The notes below the pieces were generated by a model. It did no database searches and was not told the DNA's origin. It saw only the letters and a program-made list of their open reading frames with translations. DNA of 64,000 nucleotides from Planctomycetota bacterium (GTDB lineage Bacteria > Planctomycetota > UBA11346): NCBI GenBank assembly GCA_044338255.1, contig JBIILZ010000005.1, positions 2,718 to 66,717 on the forward strand, given 5' to 3'. The position numbers and the translations under genes were made by a program. Below are positions 10,187 to 18,913 of the stretch, piece after piece; the first letter of the stretch is position 1; each line of letters begins with the position of its first letter.

Positions 10187-11395
10187 ATGAACGGCGCGCA
10201 GCTCCTCGATCGCACCTTCCTGCCCGTGAGCGGCCCCTTGGTGGTCGCGGTCAGCGGCGGTTGCGACAGCATGGCGCTGTGGGCCATGCTCGCCCAGGCG
10301 GGATGCTGGCAGCTGATCATCTGGCACCTCGATCATGGCATCCGCGCTGACGCGGCTGCCGATGGTGAGCTAATCCGGGCCTGTCAGCTGCCCGGTGTGC
10401 GCTGTCTCGAAGCAGAAGACATCCCCGCCCGCGCCCGGGAATGGGGGGTTGGCCTGGAAGCCGCCGGCCGGCGTCAACGCTACGCGCGGTTGATCGCCGT
10501 CGCCCAGGCGCATGGCGCGACCTGCGTGGTCACTGCCCATCATGGCGATGATCAGGCCGAGACGGTGCTGATGAATCTGCTGCGTGGCAGTCATGGCCTG
10601 GTCGGAATCCCCGCCACCCGCCCTTTGGCGGAAGGCATTTCCCTGGTGCGGCCGGTGCTCCACGTCGCGCGGGCTGACTTGCGCGCGTTCGCCACCGCCC
10701 AGGGCATTCCCTGGCGCGAGGATGCGACCAACCGCGATCTGCGTTACCGCCGCAATTTCATTCGTCATTCGGTCATGCCGGTATTCGAAGGCGGGTGCCC
10801 GGGCTTCAGCGCGCACCTCAGCCGCGTTGCGAGCCGCGACCAGCGCCCGCCCGCGCATCCGCTGTCGACGTGGCTGCGGGCTCGCGGATTGCGCGTCTCG
10901 CGAGCGATCATGGCGCGGATTTCGGCCTTGGGCGAGCTGGAATCGGTGACTCTCGGGGGCCGGCGCATCGTGCGCCTGGGCGAGAGCTGGCAGGATGTGG
11001 CGGAATTTCCGCAGGCCATCGCGCCGGTAGAAGTGTGCGCTCCGGGGCTCTTTCGTCGCGATGGTGCGACCTTGCAGCTCAGCGCGCATCACGGGCCTTT
11101 GGACCTTCCCCGTCATCGCCAAGCCGGAAGCGGATTGATCGCCTGCGCGGCCATCCGTGGATCAGTGCAGTGGCGCAGCGCGCGTGCCGGTGAACGCTGG
11201 CGGCCCTTGGGCTGCGCTGGACACCAATCGCTGATGGCCACCGCCGCTGCCGCCAAAGTCCCGCTGCCGCTGCGGGCGGCGTTGAGCGTGCTCGCCGATG
11301 ATGAGGGCCCGTTGTGGCTGGCCTGCGGCACAATCGCCGAACGCGCGCGGGTCACCGACGGCGACGCCTGGCACATCAGCCTGCAGCCATCGTGA
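10187..11395 (+). CDS. tilS: tRNA(Ile)-lysidine synthetase
   Basis: PP-loop VAVSGGCDSMAL, ..TAHHGDDQAETVLMNLLRG... Start at MNGAQLL, after the sirtuin stop. Confidence 0.8.
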   Translation: MNGAQLLDRTFLPVSGPLVVAVSGGCDSMALWAMLAQAGCWQLIIWHLDHGIRADAAADGELIRACQLPGVRCLEAEDIPARAREWGVGLEAAGRRQRYARLIAVAQAHGATCVVTAHHGDDQAETVLMNLLRGSHGLVGIPATRPLAEGISLVRPVLHVARADLRAFATAQGIPWREDATNRDLRYRRNFIRHSVMPVFEGGCPGFSAHLSRVASRDQRPPAHPLSTWLRARGLRVSRAIMARISALGELESVTLGGRRIVRLGESWQDVAEFPQAIAPVEVCAPGLFRRDGATLQLSAHHGPLDLPRHRQAGSGLIACAAIRGSVQWRSARAGERWRPLGCAGHQSLMATAAAAKVPLPLRAALSVLADDEGPLWLACGTIAERARVTDGDAWHISLQPS

Positions 11396-11462
11396 TGCGC
11401 GCATGACGTCACCACAGCGGCAAGAGTTGCGGTGCCCGGAATCGGCCATAACTCCGAGGCTC

Positions 11463-12767
11463 ATGGTTGAGTTCCGCACCTGTTTCAGTTGGCTGTGGCT
11501 GATCCTGGTAGGACTGGCCGTGCTCGTGTTTGGTGCCGAGGTGTCCGCTGCCGAAGTGTCAGGAGCCAAGGTTTCGGCCCTGCGCGTGACGCCAGTGTAC
11601 GCGCAGGTCGAGGTCGCCACCGGCGCTCATGCCGAACTGACCTTGAGCCTGCATACGGCGACGGCGCTGACGATCCTGGCGGTGGCCGTGGATTGCGGCT
11701 GCATCAAGCCGCTGGATGCCATGCCGCTAGCGGTGGCGCCGGGGGTGACGGCCTTGCATCTGCAAGCGACGGGGGTCTTGCCCGGAATCAAAACCGTCAC
11801 CGTGCGTACCACCAACGGCAGCGTCACGGCGCAGATCCAGGTCATCACTCCCGGTTTCGGCAAGGGCCTGCAGCTGCTCACCGAGCTTCAGCTGCTCACC
11901 GAACGTCAGCTGCTCACCGAACGTCAGCTGCTCACCGAACTTCAGCTGCTCGCCGAACTTCAGCAGGCCCCCCAGGCGCTGGTCATCATCCATGATCTAC
12001 AGGGTGAAACCCGCAATTGCGGATGTTCAGGCGGCTCGCTGGGAGGCATCGATCACCTGGCAGCCTTGCCGGCGGCGCTGCCTCATGCGCGCTGGATCCT
12101 CACCGGCGATGTCCGGGGCGGCAATCCCGAAGCGGCGGCGGCGCTCGCGCGGCGGGGATGGGAGATCCAACCCAGTGATGTGCTGGTCACCGATGATCCG
12201 GTCAGCGCCCTCAGCCGGACGGGGCTGATCGCGATCATCGCCACCGCCACGACGACGGTCGCCAATCAACGAATCGTCCACCCGTTATTGAATCACGGGG
12301 CGATGGCCGAGGTCCTGCTGCTCAGCGGGACCACCGTTATCGGCCAACGGCTCCTGCCCATCGATGCGACCCTGCCCAGCGATGCGAGCATCTGGGCCGA
12401 GCTGCCCCCGCCGAAGCCGTCGGTGGTCATCGATCACCAGGCGATGCCGGCGACATCCTGCGCTGCTTGTCACCAATCGGCGCAGCATGCCTGGGCGACC
12501 TCGGCGCATGCGCGCGCGCTGTCGTCGCTGTCGGTCGCGGATCAGGGCACCGCCTGCGCCATCTGCCATACCACCGCCATACCCGGGCGCAGCGCACGCG
12601 CGCCGCAGGTGACCTGCACGGCCTGTCATCAGGGCGCAGAGGCGCACGCCGCGGCCCCCACGACGGCGCCCCCGGCGGTCAACGACTGCCGTTCGTGCCA
12701 TGATGCGCAACATCATCCGGCCTTCGATCCAGTGGCCGCATGGTTGCCGATTGAGCATCGCAAATAA
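11463..12767 (+). CDS. Secreted multihaem c-type cytochrome (four CXXCH) with an N-terminal non-haem region
   Basis: Signal-like MVEFRTCFSWLWLILVGLAVLVFGAEV. C-terminal CAACH, CAICH, CTACH and CRSCH. Confidence 0.7.
   Translation: MVEFRTCFSWLWLILVGLAVLVFGAEVSAAEVSGAKVSALRVTPVYAQVEVATGAHAELTLSLHTATALTILAVAVDCGCIKPLDAMPLAVAPGVTALHLQATGVLPGIKTVTVRTTNGSVTAQIQVITPGFGKGLQLLTELQLLTERQLLTERQLLTELQLLAELQQAPQALVIIHDLQGETRNCGCSGGSLGGIDHLAALPAALPHARWILTGDVRGGNPEAAAALARRGWEIQPSDVLVTDDPVSALSRTGLIAIIATATTTVANQRIVHPLLNHGAMAEVLLLSGTTVIGQRLLPIDATLPSDASIWAELPPPKPSVVIDHQAMPATSCAACHQSAQHAWATSAHARALSSLSVADQGTACAICHTTAIPGRSARAPQVTCTACHQGAEAHAAAPTTAPPAVNDCRSCHDAQHHPAFDPVAAWLPIEHRK
11871..11960 (+). repeat. In-frame 18-bp tandem repeat x5 (QLLTE[L/R]) inside the cytochrome gene
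   Basis: cagctgctcaccga(g/a)c(t/g)t units read directly. Confidence 0.95.
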
Positions 12768-12794
12768 CCCGTAATTCCCCATCATCTGCGAGCT

Positions 12795-12856
12795 TGAAAG
12801 GTTGATTGATTCAGGAATTTATATTGATTAATAGTTTAGTATTATATAAATAAGTT
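12795..12856 (+). promoter_or_regulatory. Strongly AT-rich tract immediately upstream of the lipoprotein gene (putative promoter/UP element)
   Basis: ttgaaaggttgattgattcaggaatttatattgattaatagtttagtattatataaataagtt sits in an otherwise GC-rich context. It contains TTGATT and TATAAA-like hexamers. Confidence 0.3.
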
Positions 12857-13519
12857 ATGAAACTAAACACTCTCCCTCAAAATTTATCCACTTCGTCCTT
12901 GGCGTTGGCCTTGTTGGCGGTGGCCCTGTCGGCTGGATCCGTGGGCTGTTCGTCTCCGCGGGCGGAACACGTGGTCGCCAAAAAAACACCGCCAGTGACG
13001 GCCGCGCCGGCGGTCACGGCTGTACCAACCGAAAAAACAAAACCGTCAGCACCAGCGCCGCACGCCGTCAAAGTCGTCGCCAGCGAGCGCGTGGCGCCAG
13101 CGCCGGCGAGTCATCATCGTCAGCTGAGCAAGGCTGAGCAGGAGATGCTGAGTACGGTCGATCCGACCCGGGTCTATCGCACTGCGGCGGCCAAGAAGGG
13201 GGTCCCGACCTTAGCCATCGTCGGGCCATCCGAACAGCGCATCCCCACCTTGGGCTCGGCGACGCTGGTAGTCGCGGCCGCTCCCGAAGCACTGGTGACC
13301 TTCGCGACCTCCGATGGCGGGGTGTTCGCGAACAACGCCGCGAGCATCACGGTCTTGGCGGATGCCGAGGGCCGCGCGACGGCGGTCATGAAGGCACCAC
13401 CCGGAACCGTCGATGATGTGCCGGTGCGCGTGGGCAGTCCCTCGGCGATCGGGACGGTGACCCTGCTGGTGCATGTCCTCTATCCCGGAAGCCCCGTGCA
13501 GGCTGCCTCCTCCCATTGA
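12857..13519 (+). CDS. Putative lipoprotein, unknown function
   Basis: Lipobox-like LALLAVALSAGSVGC|SS at the N-terminus, then an Ala/Pro/Val-rich linker and a beta-rich C-terminus. Confidence 0.55.
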   Translation: MKLNTLPQNLSTSSLALALLAVALSAGSVGCSSPRAEHVVAKKTPPVTAAPAVTAVPTEKTKPSAPAPHAVKVVASERVAPAPASHHRQLSKAEQEMLSTVDPTRVYRTAAAKKGVPTLAIVGPSEQRIPTLGSATLVVAAAPEALVTFATSDGGVFANNAASITVLADAEGRATAVMKAPPGTVDDVPVRVGSPSAIGTVTLLVHVLYPGSPVQAASSH

Positions 13520-13584
13520 TGGTCCAATTTCATGCATGGCGGGCCCTGCCCGCCGGAGCCTCTCCGAAAATAATATAACGTTCA

Positions 13585-13692
13585 GTAAAAGCGCAGGGGT
13601 AGCCCAGCTGCAAGGCGCACGAGGCGCCAGGAATGGCATCGCCATTTCAAGCCTCGTGCAACGCCGCAGATGGGCTACCCCTGCGCTTTTAC
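13585..13692. terminator. Long inverted repeat between convergent genes (candidate bidirectional terminator)
   Basis: A 22-nt arm gtaaaagcgcaggggtagccca (13585-13606) pairs perfectly with tgggctacccctgcgcttttac (13671-13692). Inner stem gcacgaggc (13617-13625) / gcctcgtgc (13651-13659). The right arm overlaps the pcnB stop. Confidence 0.5.
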
Positions 13693-15047
13693 TCGTCGTC
13701 GTCGGCGACGGCCATGATGCCTCCGTGGTCGTCGGACCACTCGCCATCATCGTCGTCGGCACTGCGCCGGCCGGGGCCGCCGCCCTGGCGGCCGCCATGT
13801 TCCGAACGCCCGCCACCGGTGCGCCCGCGGAAGCTGAAGATGTCGCGCTTGTCCGGGCCGCCGGCGGTGCCGCCGAGGGGCTTGGCCAGGGCCTTGCGAG
13901 CTTCCGACCAGATCGCTTGGACTGGCGCGAGTTCGTCGATGCCGCTGAAGGCCAGTAGGTGGACCTGCCAGGCGGGGTCGAACCACGGAGTTTCGACGAA
14001 GCGCCGCACGCGTTTGCTCTGATGGTGGAAGAACAGCAGGTAGAGCTGGCCACGCAGATTGTCGATGACGCTGTTCATCAGCTTCTTGGGTAGGTCCATG
14101 CGCATGGCCATGCCGCGCAGATCCTGGGTCAGGCGGGCGGCCACCCGGTTGAACGAGTCCTTTTCGACGTCGACGCTGCCGAGGAAGGGCAGGAACAACC
14201 CGCAGGCGAGGACCTCGAGCGGATAGTGGCAATCGGCATCGGCGGCGGCATCGACGGCTTTGAAGAAGTCGGCGACCTGGGCAAAGCCCTCTTCACCGAT
14301 CGCGTTCAACCATTCGGGATAGAGGATGCCGAGCATGCCGTAATCGGCGAGCATGCGCAGCCCGGCTTCACGATTGGCCTGGGTGAGGATGCGGAAGATC
14401 TCCTCGGTGATGCGATGGCGGCTGGCCTTGAGGATCTCGGGCCCTTGATCGAGCAGCGCGTTGTGCGTCGCATCCTCTATCGAGAAGCCGAAGCGGGCGG
14501 CGAACTTGATCGCCCGCAGCATGCGTACGGGGTCCTCTTGGAAGCGCACCTGGGCATCGCCGATGGCGCGGATGCGTTTGGCTTCGAGGTCTTCGAGGGC
14601 GCCGGTGTAGTCGATGACCGCGAAATCGCGGATGTCGTAGAACAGCGCGTTGACGGTGAAGTCGCGGCGGAAGGAGTCCGACTCGATGTCGCCCCAGGCG
14701 TTGTCATCCTCGACGTAGAGATCGCCCTGGTCCTGCGGCTCGACGGCCGAACGCAAGGTCGCGACCTCGACGTTCTTGGGGCCGAAGAACACGTGCACGA
14801 GCTTGAAGCGCCGGCCGATGATGCGGCTATTGCGAAAGATCCGCCGCAGTTCATTGGGCCGGGCATCGGTGGCGATGTCGTAGTCCTTGGGCGTGCGGCC
14901 CATGAGCAGGTCGCGGACGGCACCGCCGACGAGGTAGGCTTCGTGACCGGCATCCTTGAGCTTGTACAGCACATGCACGGTATCGCGGTCGATGTCCTTG
15001 CGGCTGATGTTGTGCTCGGGACGGGGAATGATGCGGGGTTCGACCAT
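13689..15047 (-). CDS. pcnB: Poly(A) polymerase I / tRNA nucleotidyltransferase family protein with an acidic/Gly-Arg C-terminal tail
   Basis: HNISRKDIDRDTVHVLYKLKDAGHEAYLVGGAVRDLLMGRTPKDYDIATDARP..RIIGRRFKLVHVFFG. Start at MVEPRII (15047). Confidence 0.8.
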   Translation of the reverse strand: MVEPRIIPRPEHNISRKDIDRDTVHVLYKLKDAGHEAYLVGGAVRDLLMGRTPKDYDIATDARPNELRRIFRNSRIIGRRFKLVHVFFGPKNVEVATLRSAVEPQDQGDLYVEDDNAWGDIESDSFRRDFTVNALFYDIRDFAVIDYTGALEDLEAKRIRAIGDAQVRFQEDPVRMLRAIKFAARFGFSIEDATHNALLDQGPEILKASRHRITEEIFRILTQANREAGLRMLADYGMLGILYPEWLNAIGEEGFAQVADFFKAVDAAADADCHYPLEVLACGLFLPFLGSVDVEKDSFNRVAARLTQDLRGMAMRMDLPKKLMNSVIDNLRGQLYLLFFHHQSKRVRRFVETPWFDPAWQVHLLAFSGIDELAPVQAIWSEARKALAKPLGGTAGGPDKRDIFSFRGRTGGGRSEHGGRQGGGPGRRSADDDDGEWSDDHGGIMAVADDDE

Positions 15048-15058
15048 GGGTCGCGCCT

Positions 15059-16018
15059 TCAGAAATCGCGAGCGACGATGAATTCGGCGAGGACCTGAAG
15101 CTGGTCGCGGGCGGTGCCCGCAGGGAACGCAGTCAGGGCCTCTTGAGCGCGGCGGACATAGTCCTTTGCCGTGCTCAGGGCGCTGGCCAAGGCGCCGCTG
15201 GCGATGACTGCCTCGCGGAAGGCGGCGACATCGTCGGGCCCCGTGGGTGCGGTCAGTCGCCGTTCGTGGACCGCCCGCTCTGCCGGGCTCGCCCCGGAGA
15301 GTAGACGGATAATCGGCAGGGTCATGCGACCGCGCTCGATGTCTGTGGAAAGGCTTTTGCCGACCTTGTGCGGATCGCCGGTGAAATCCAGGCAATCGTC
15401 GACGATCTGGAAGGCCATACCGCAGGCCCGGCCGTAGGCGGCGGCGGCGAGGCGGAGGTGCTCGGCGCTGCCGGCGGCACCGAATTCCGCAGCCAACTCG
15501 GTCAGGCAGGCGGTCTTGCCGTAGATGATGAGATCGTATTCGCTCTCGCTGAGCGCGGCGTCGCGTTCGACGCATTGCTGCTGCAGTTCACCACGGCAGA
15601 GGACATTGGTGGTCTCGACCAGACGCAGGCTGACTTCGGGCAGTTTGAGCCGTGCGACCAGTGTGAAGGCGTGGGTATAGAAATAATCCCCGAGCAGCAC
15701 CGAGGTCGTATTGCCGAAGCGCACATGCGCCGTCGGCTGATTGCGCCGGACGTTGGCGTCATCGATCAGGTCGTCATGGATCAGGGTCGCGGTGTGGATC
15801 ATCTCCAGCGCCGCACCGAGGCGGGTATGGACATCGGTGATGCTGCCGAGGGCCTGCGCGACCAGCAACACCAGCGCCGGACGGAGCATCTTCCCGTGGA
15901 AGGTACCGAGGTCGCTGATCAGGCCATCGACGCGCAGCTCATTGGCTTCGAGGGCTTGGGCCATATGGCCCTCGACGGCGAGAAAATGGGGTTCGAGCCC
16001 AGCAAACGCGGCGTGCAT
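15059..16018 (-). CDS. trans-Polyprenyl diphosphate synthase (IspB-like, chain length unknown)
   Basis: First and second Asp-rich motifs LIHDDLIDD and FQIVDDCLDF. The ATG overlaps the stop of the upstream response regulator (ATGA). Confidence 0.85.
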   Translation of the reverse strand: MHAAFAGLEPHFLAVEGHMAQALEANELRVDGLISDLGTFHGKMLRPALVLLVAQALGSITDVHTRLGAALEMIHTATLIHDDLIDDANVRRNQPTAHVRFGNTTSVLLGDYFYTHAFTLVARLKLPEVSLRLVETTNVLCRGELQQQCVERDAALSESEYDLIIYGKTACLTELAAEFGAAGSAEHLRLAAAAYGRACGMAFQIVDDCLDFTGDPHKVGKSLSTDIERGRMTLPIIRLLSGASPAERAVHERRLTAPTGPDDVAAFREAVIASGALASALSTAKDYVRRAQEALTAFPAGTARDQLQVLAEFIVARDF

Positions 16019-16683
16019 CAGGCGTCGTCGTCCTCGTCGGCCGCCGCGACGGCGACGAGCACGGGGCGGGGATCGGCAGCGATCGACTTGGCGATGTCCT
16101 GCAGCGAGCGGCCGAGGGCTTCGACGCTCACCGGCTTGCGCACGCACATGACGATCTGCGGATTGAGACGGGCGAGTTCTTCGACGCGATCGAAGGGCTC
16201 GTAGGCGCTGACGACGATGACCTTGCTGTTGGCCAGCTCCGGCCGGCGTAGCAGTTCCTGGAGGACGGCGAAGCCATCCATGCCCGGCATCATGATGTCG
16301 AGGAGCATCAGCTGCGGCTGGATGGTGCCGACAGCGATCACCGTATCGACGCCATTGATGGCCTCGTGGATCGCGACATCGGGGAGGTAGCGTTCGGTGA
16401 TCTTGCGCAGCAACAGGACCACGTCCGGGTGATCGTCGGCAATCAAAACGTTCAGTTTGCTGCCGACCGGTTTACGCTTGGTGCCTACCGTCATGACGTC
16501 AGGCATGTTGAAGGAACGACAGAATTCGCCGAGGTCATCAGGCTTCACGCGGAAGTGGCCGCTGGGCAGGCTGTAGGCCTTGAGATGACCACCGATGATC
16601 CAGCGGTAGACCGTGGTCCGGCTAACGTTGCAGCGTTTGGCGACTTTGCCGAGGCTGAGATGATCGTCTTGAGAAGCTGTCAT
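16018..16683 (-). CDS. Response regulator with an N-terminal excisionase/MerR-type HTH and a C-terminal receiver domain
   Basis: VAKRCNVSRTTVYRWIIGGHLKAY (HTH), then VLIADDHPDV and LLDIMMPGMDGF (receiver). Confidence 0.8.
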   Translation of the reverse strand: MTASQDDHLSLGKVAKRCNVSRTTVYRWIIGGHLKAYSLPSGHFRVKPDDLGEFCRSFNMPDVMTVGTKRKPVGSKLNVLIADDHPDVVLLLRKITERYLPDVAIHEAINGVDTVIAVGTIQPQLMLLDIMMPGMDGFAVLQELLRRPELANSKVIVVSAYEPFDRVEELARLNPQIVMCVRKPVSVEALGRSLQDIAKSIAADPRPVLVAVAAADEDDDA

Positions 16684-16789
16684 GGGAACTCGGTGGTGGC
16701 CGTAAGCTTGTACCAACGCCATGACCGCCAAGCAAGCGGGGGGGGTCCAGGTGTTGCGAGTTGCGCAGCTGCGCCAACGATGCCGCCCG

Positions 16790-17830
16790 ATGCGGATTCT
16801 GATCGTGCGCCTCGGAGCTTTCGGGGATATCCTTCATACGTTGCCAATGGCAGCTGACCTCTTTGCCGCCGGACACAGCGTGTCGTGGTTGTGCGAAGAT
16901 CGTTGGGCCTCGGTCCTGGTGGGCTCGCCGATCATTTCCACAATCCATTGCCTCCCTCGCAAGCTGCTGCGCAGTGGAATTCTGAGCGAGCGCGTGCAGG
17001 CGCTCGCGAGCCTCGCGCATGAGCTGCGGACGGCTGCGTATGACGTGGTCATCGATGCCCAGGGCCTGGCCAAGAGCGCCGTGGCGGCGTGGGCCAGTGG
17101 CGCCGCGCTGCATATCGGCCACGCCCGTCCGCGCGCGCGAGAGGGGGCCTGGCTGCTGGCGCAGCGGCGCGTACCGACCACTGCTGTGCACGTCATCGAT
17201 CAGCAGCGCGACCTCACGCGTGCGCTGGCTCTGACACCGTCCACGCTGTGGTCCTTCCCGCTGCCGGCGTGGATCGAGGAACGTCGCTGGGCTGCCGCAT
17301 GGCTGGCGGAACTGCGCATATCTCGGCCGTGGATGCTCAATGTTGGTGCCGGCTGGCCGAGCAAGGTCTGGCCCGAAGAGCGTCAGATCGGTTTGGCGCG
17401 CGCAGCCGCCGAGCAGGGTCTGCCCTTGGTGGTGGTATGGGGCTCGCCGGCGGAGCGGGTGGTGGCCGAGCGCATCATCGACGCCGCCGATCATGGCTTC
17501 CTCGCCCCACCCACGAGCTTGCCGCAATTAGCCGGTCTGCTTGCGCAGGCGGCGGTGGTGATCAGCGGCGATACCGGGCCATTGCACCTGGCCCTGGCCG
17601 TGGGCGTGCCGGCGGTGGGGCTCTTCGGCCCGGTCCCGGCCGAACGCAACGGCCCACGCGGCCGGGGCTACCGTACCTTGCAGGCCCCCGGCGCGGCCTG
17701 GGAGCGTCGGGATGTCGGCAAGGGTGCGATGGAGCAGATCAGCGTGGCGGCGGTGATGGCGGCGGCGACGGCGGCCGCGGGTGAAGGCCGCGGTGCTGCT
17801 GAGACGGTGCAACCTACGCTTCTCAGCTGA
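16790..17830 (+). CDS. Glycosyltransferase family 9 (LPS heptosyltransferase-like)
   Basis: MRILIVRLGAFGDILHTLP.. and ..VISGDTGPLHLALAVGVPAVGLFGP. Confidence 0.75.
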   Translation: MRILIVRLGAFGDILHTLPMAADLFAAGHSVSWLCEDRWASVLVGSPIISTIHCLPRKLLRSGILSERVQALASLAHELRTAAYDVVIDAQGLAKSAVAAWASGAALHIGHARPRAREGAWLLAQRRVPTTAVHVIDQQRDLTRALALTPSTLWSFPLPAWIEERRWAAAWLAELRISRPWMLNVGAGWPSKVWPEERQIGLARAAAEQGLPLVVVWGSPAERVVAERIIDAADHGFLAPPTSLPQLAGLLAQAAVVISGDTGPLHLALAVGVPAVGLFGPVPAERNGPRGRGYRTLQAPGAAWERRDVGKGAMEQISVAAVMAAATAAAGEGRGAAETVQPTLLS

Positions 17831-17880
17831 GTCGCAGCTGAGACTTGCGACCAGCATACGGGCCGTCACGTTGACCATCC

Positions 17881-18264
17881 ATGTGGCAAGTTGAACAGCT
17901 TGGAACGGTATCGGTGGTGCGTTCGACACCCGCGCCGACAGTGGATATACGCGTGCCCGAACAGATCTGGGGTCAACTCGATGCCGTGATCGCCCAGCAC
18001 CCGACCGGAAGTTGGGTCATCGATGTCAGCAGCGAACGTTTGCTGACCTCAGAAGCCCTGGCGCTGATCGTAGGCATGGTCCGTCGCGTCCAGGGTGATG
18101 GTGGACGGATCGCATTCGCGCATTGCTCAGAAGGTGTCACCAGTGTCCTGGTGTCGATGCGTCTGTCGAAAATGTTGCCGATGTACGGGTCCGTCGACGA
18201 GGGTGTCACGGCCCTCTCCGCGCCTGTCGCCATCGGTTCATCGGCGCGTCTGCCGCTTCCGTGA
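17881..18264 (+). CDS. STAS-domain protein (anti-sigma-factor-antagonist-like)
   Basis: ..WVIDVSSERLLTSEALALIVGMVRRVQGDGGRIAFAHCSEGVTSVL.. pattern. Confidence 0.6.
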   Translation: MWQVEQLGTVSVVRSTPAPTVDIRVPEQIWGQLDAVIAQHPTGSWVIDVSSERLLTSEALALIVGMVRRVQGDGGRIAFAHCSEGVTSVLVSMRLSKMLPMYGSVDEGVTALSAPVAIGSSARLPLP

Positions 18265-18878
18265 TGGGCCTGCCGCTTCAGCCCACGGCGGCGTGGTGGC
18301 GGCAATCTGCGCTACGGGGAGTGCTGACCGTCACCATCGCGCTCGCCGGCTTGGGGCTCCTCGGTTGGCTCGGTCTGACGCGGCGACCGCCCTCGGCCCT
18401 GATCATCACCGGTCCGCATGCGCCCATGGCCTATCCGCGCGCCGCGGAGAGGCTCATTGCCGGGGCCGTCAAGCGCATTTGGCTGATGCAATACGTCATC
18501 CGTGCGGGTGGCCAGGGGGTGATCAATGATCTGCTCCTGGCCCTCGTCGCCGCACGTCAGCGTGGAGTCGAGGTCTGCGTCGGACTCGATCAGGGTCTGG
18601 TCTACGGGACTACCGATCGCGATCCCAAAAATGACGCGGCTGCGGCCTGGCTGACCGCGCACGGGATCACCGTCGTCTGGGATGAAAAGAATCGCACCAG
18701 CCACGCCAAGATCCTGCTCGTCGATGATCAGGTCGCCATCATCGGCAGCCATAATTGGACGCGTGCCGCGCTCACCGATAATCGTGAGGTCAGCGTCCTC
18801 ATCACCGATGGCGAACAGCTGGCGCAGATCCGCGAGCTGATCATGGGCTTGCCGGGCTGGCCGGCAGCGAGCCGCTGA
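18264..18878 (+). CDS. Membrane-anchored phospholipase D/HKD-family protein
   Basis: HKD motif HAKILLVDDQVAIIGSHNWT and an N-terminal TM VLTVTIALAGLGLLGWLGL. The ATG overlaps the STAS stop (ATGA). Confidence 0.7.
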   Translation: MGLPLQPTAAWWRQSALRGVLTVTIALAGLGLLGWLGLTRRPPSALIITGPHAPMAYPRAAERLIAGAVKRIWLMQYVIRAGGQGVINDLLLALVAARQRGVEVCVGLDQGLVYGTTDRDPKNDAAAAWLTAHGITVVWDEKNRTSHAKILLVDDQVAIIGSHNWTRAALTDNREVSVLITDGEQLAQIRELIMGLPGWPAASR

Positions 18879-18905
18879 GCCGCTGAGCCGCTGAGCCGCT
18901 GAGCG
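18869..18905. repeat. 8-bp tandem repeat x4.6 (gagccgct) spanning the PLD stop codon
   Basis: Read directly. Each unit junction recreates TGA. Confidence 0.95.
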
Positions 18906-18913
18906 ACAGACTC

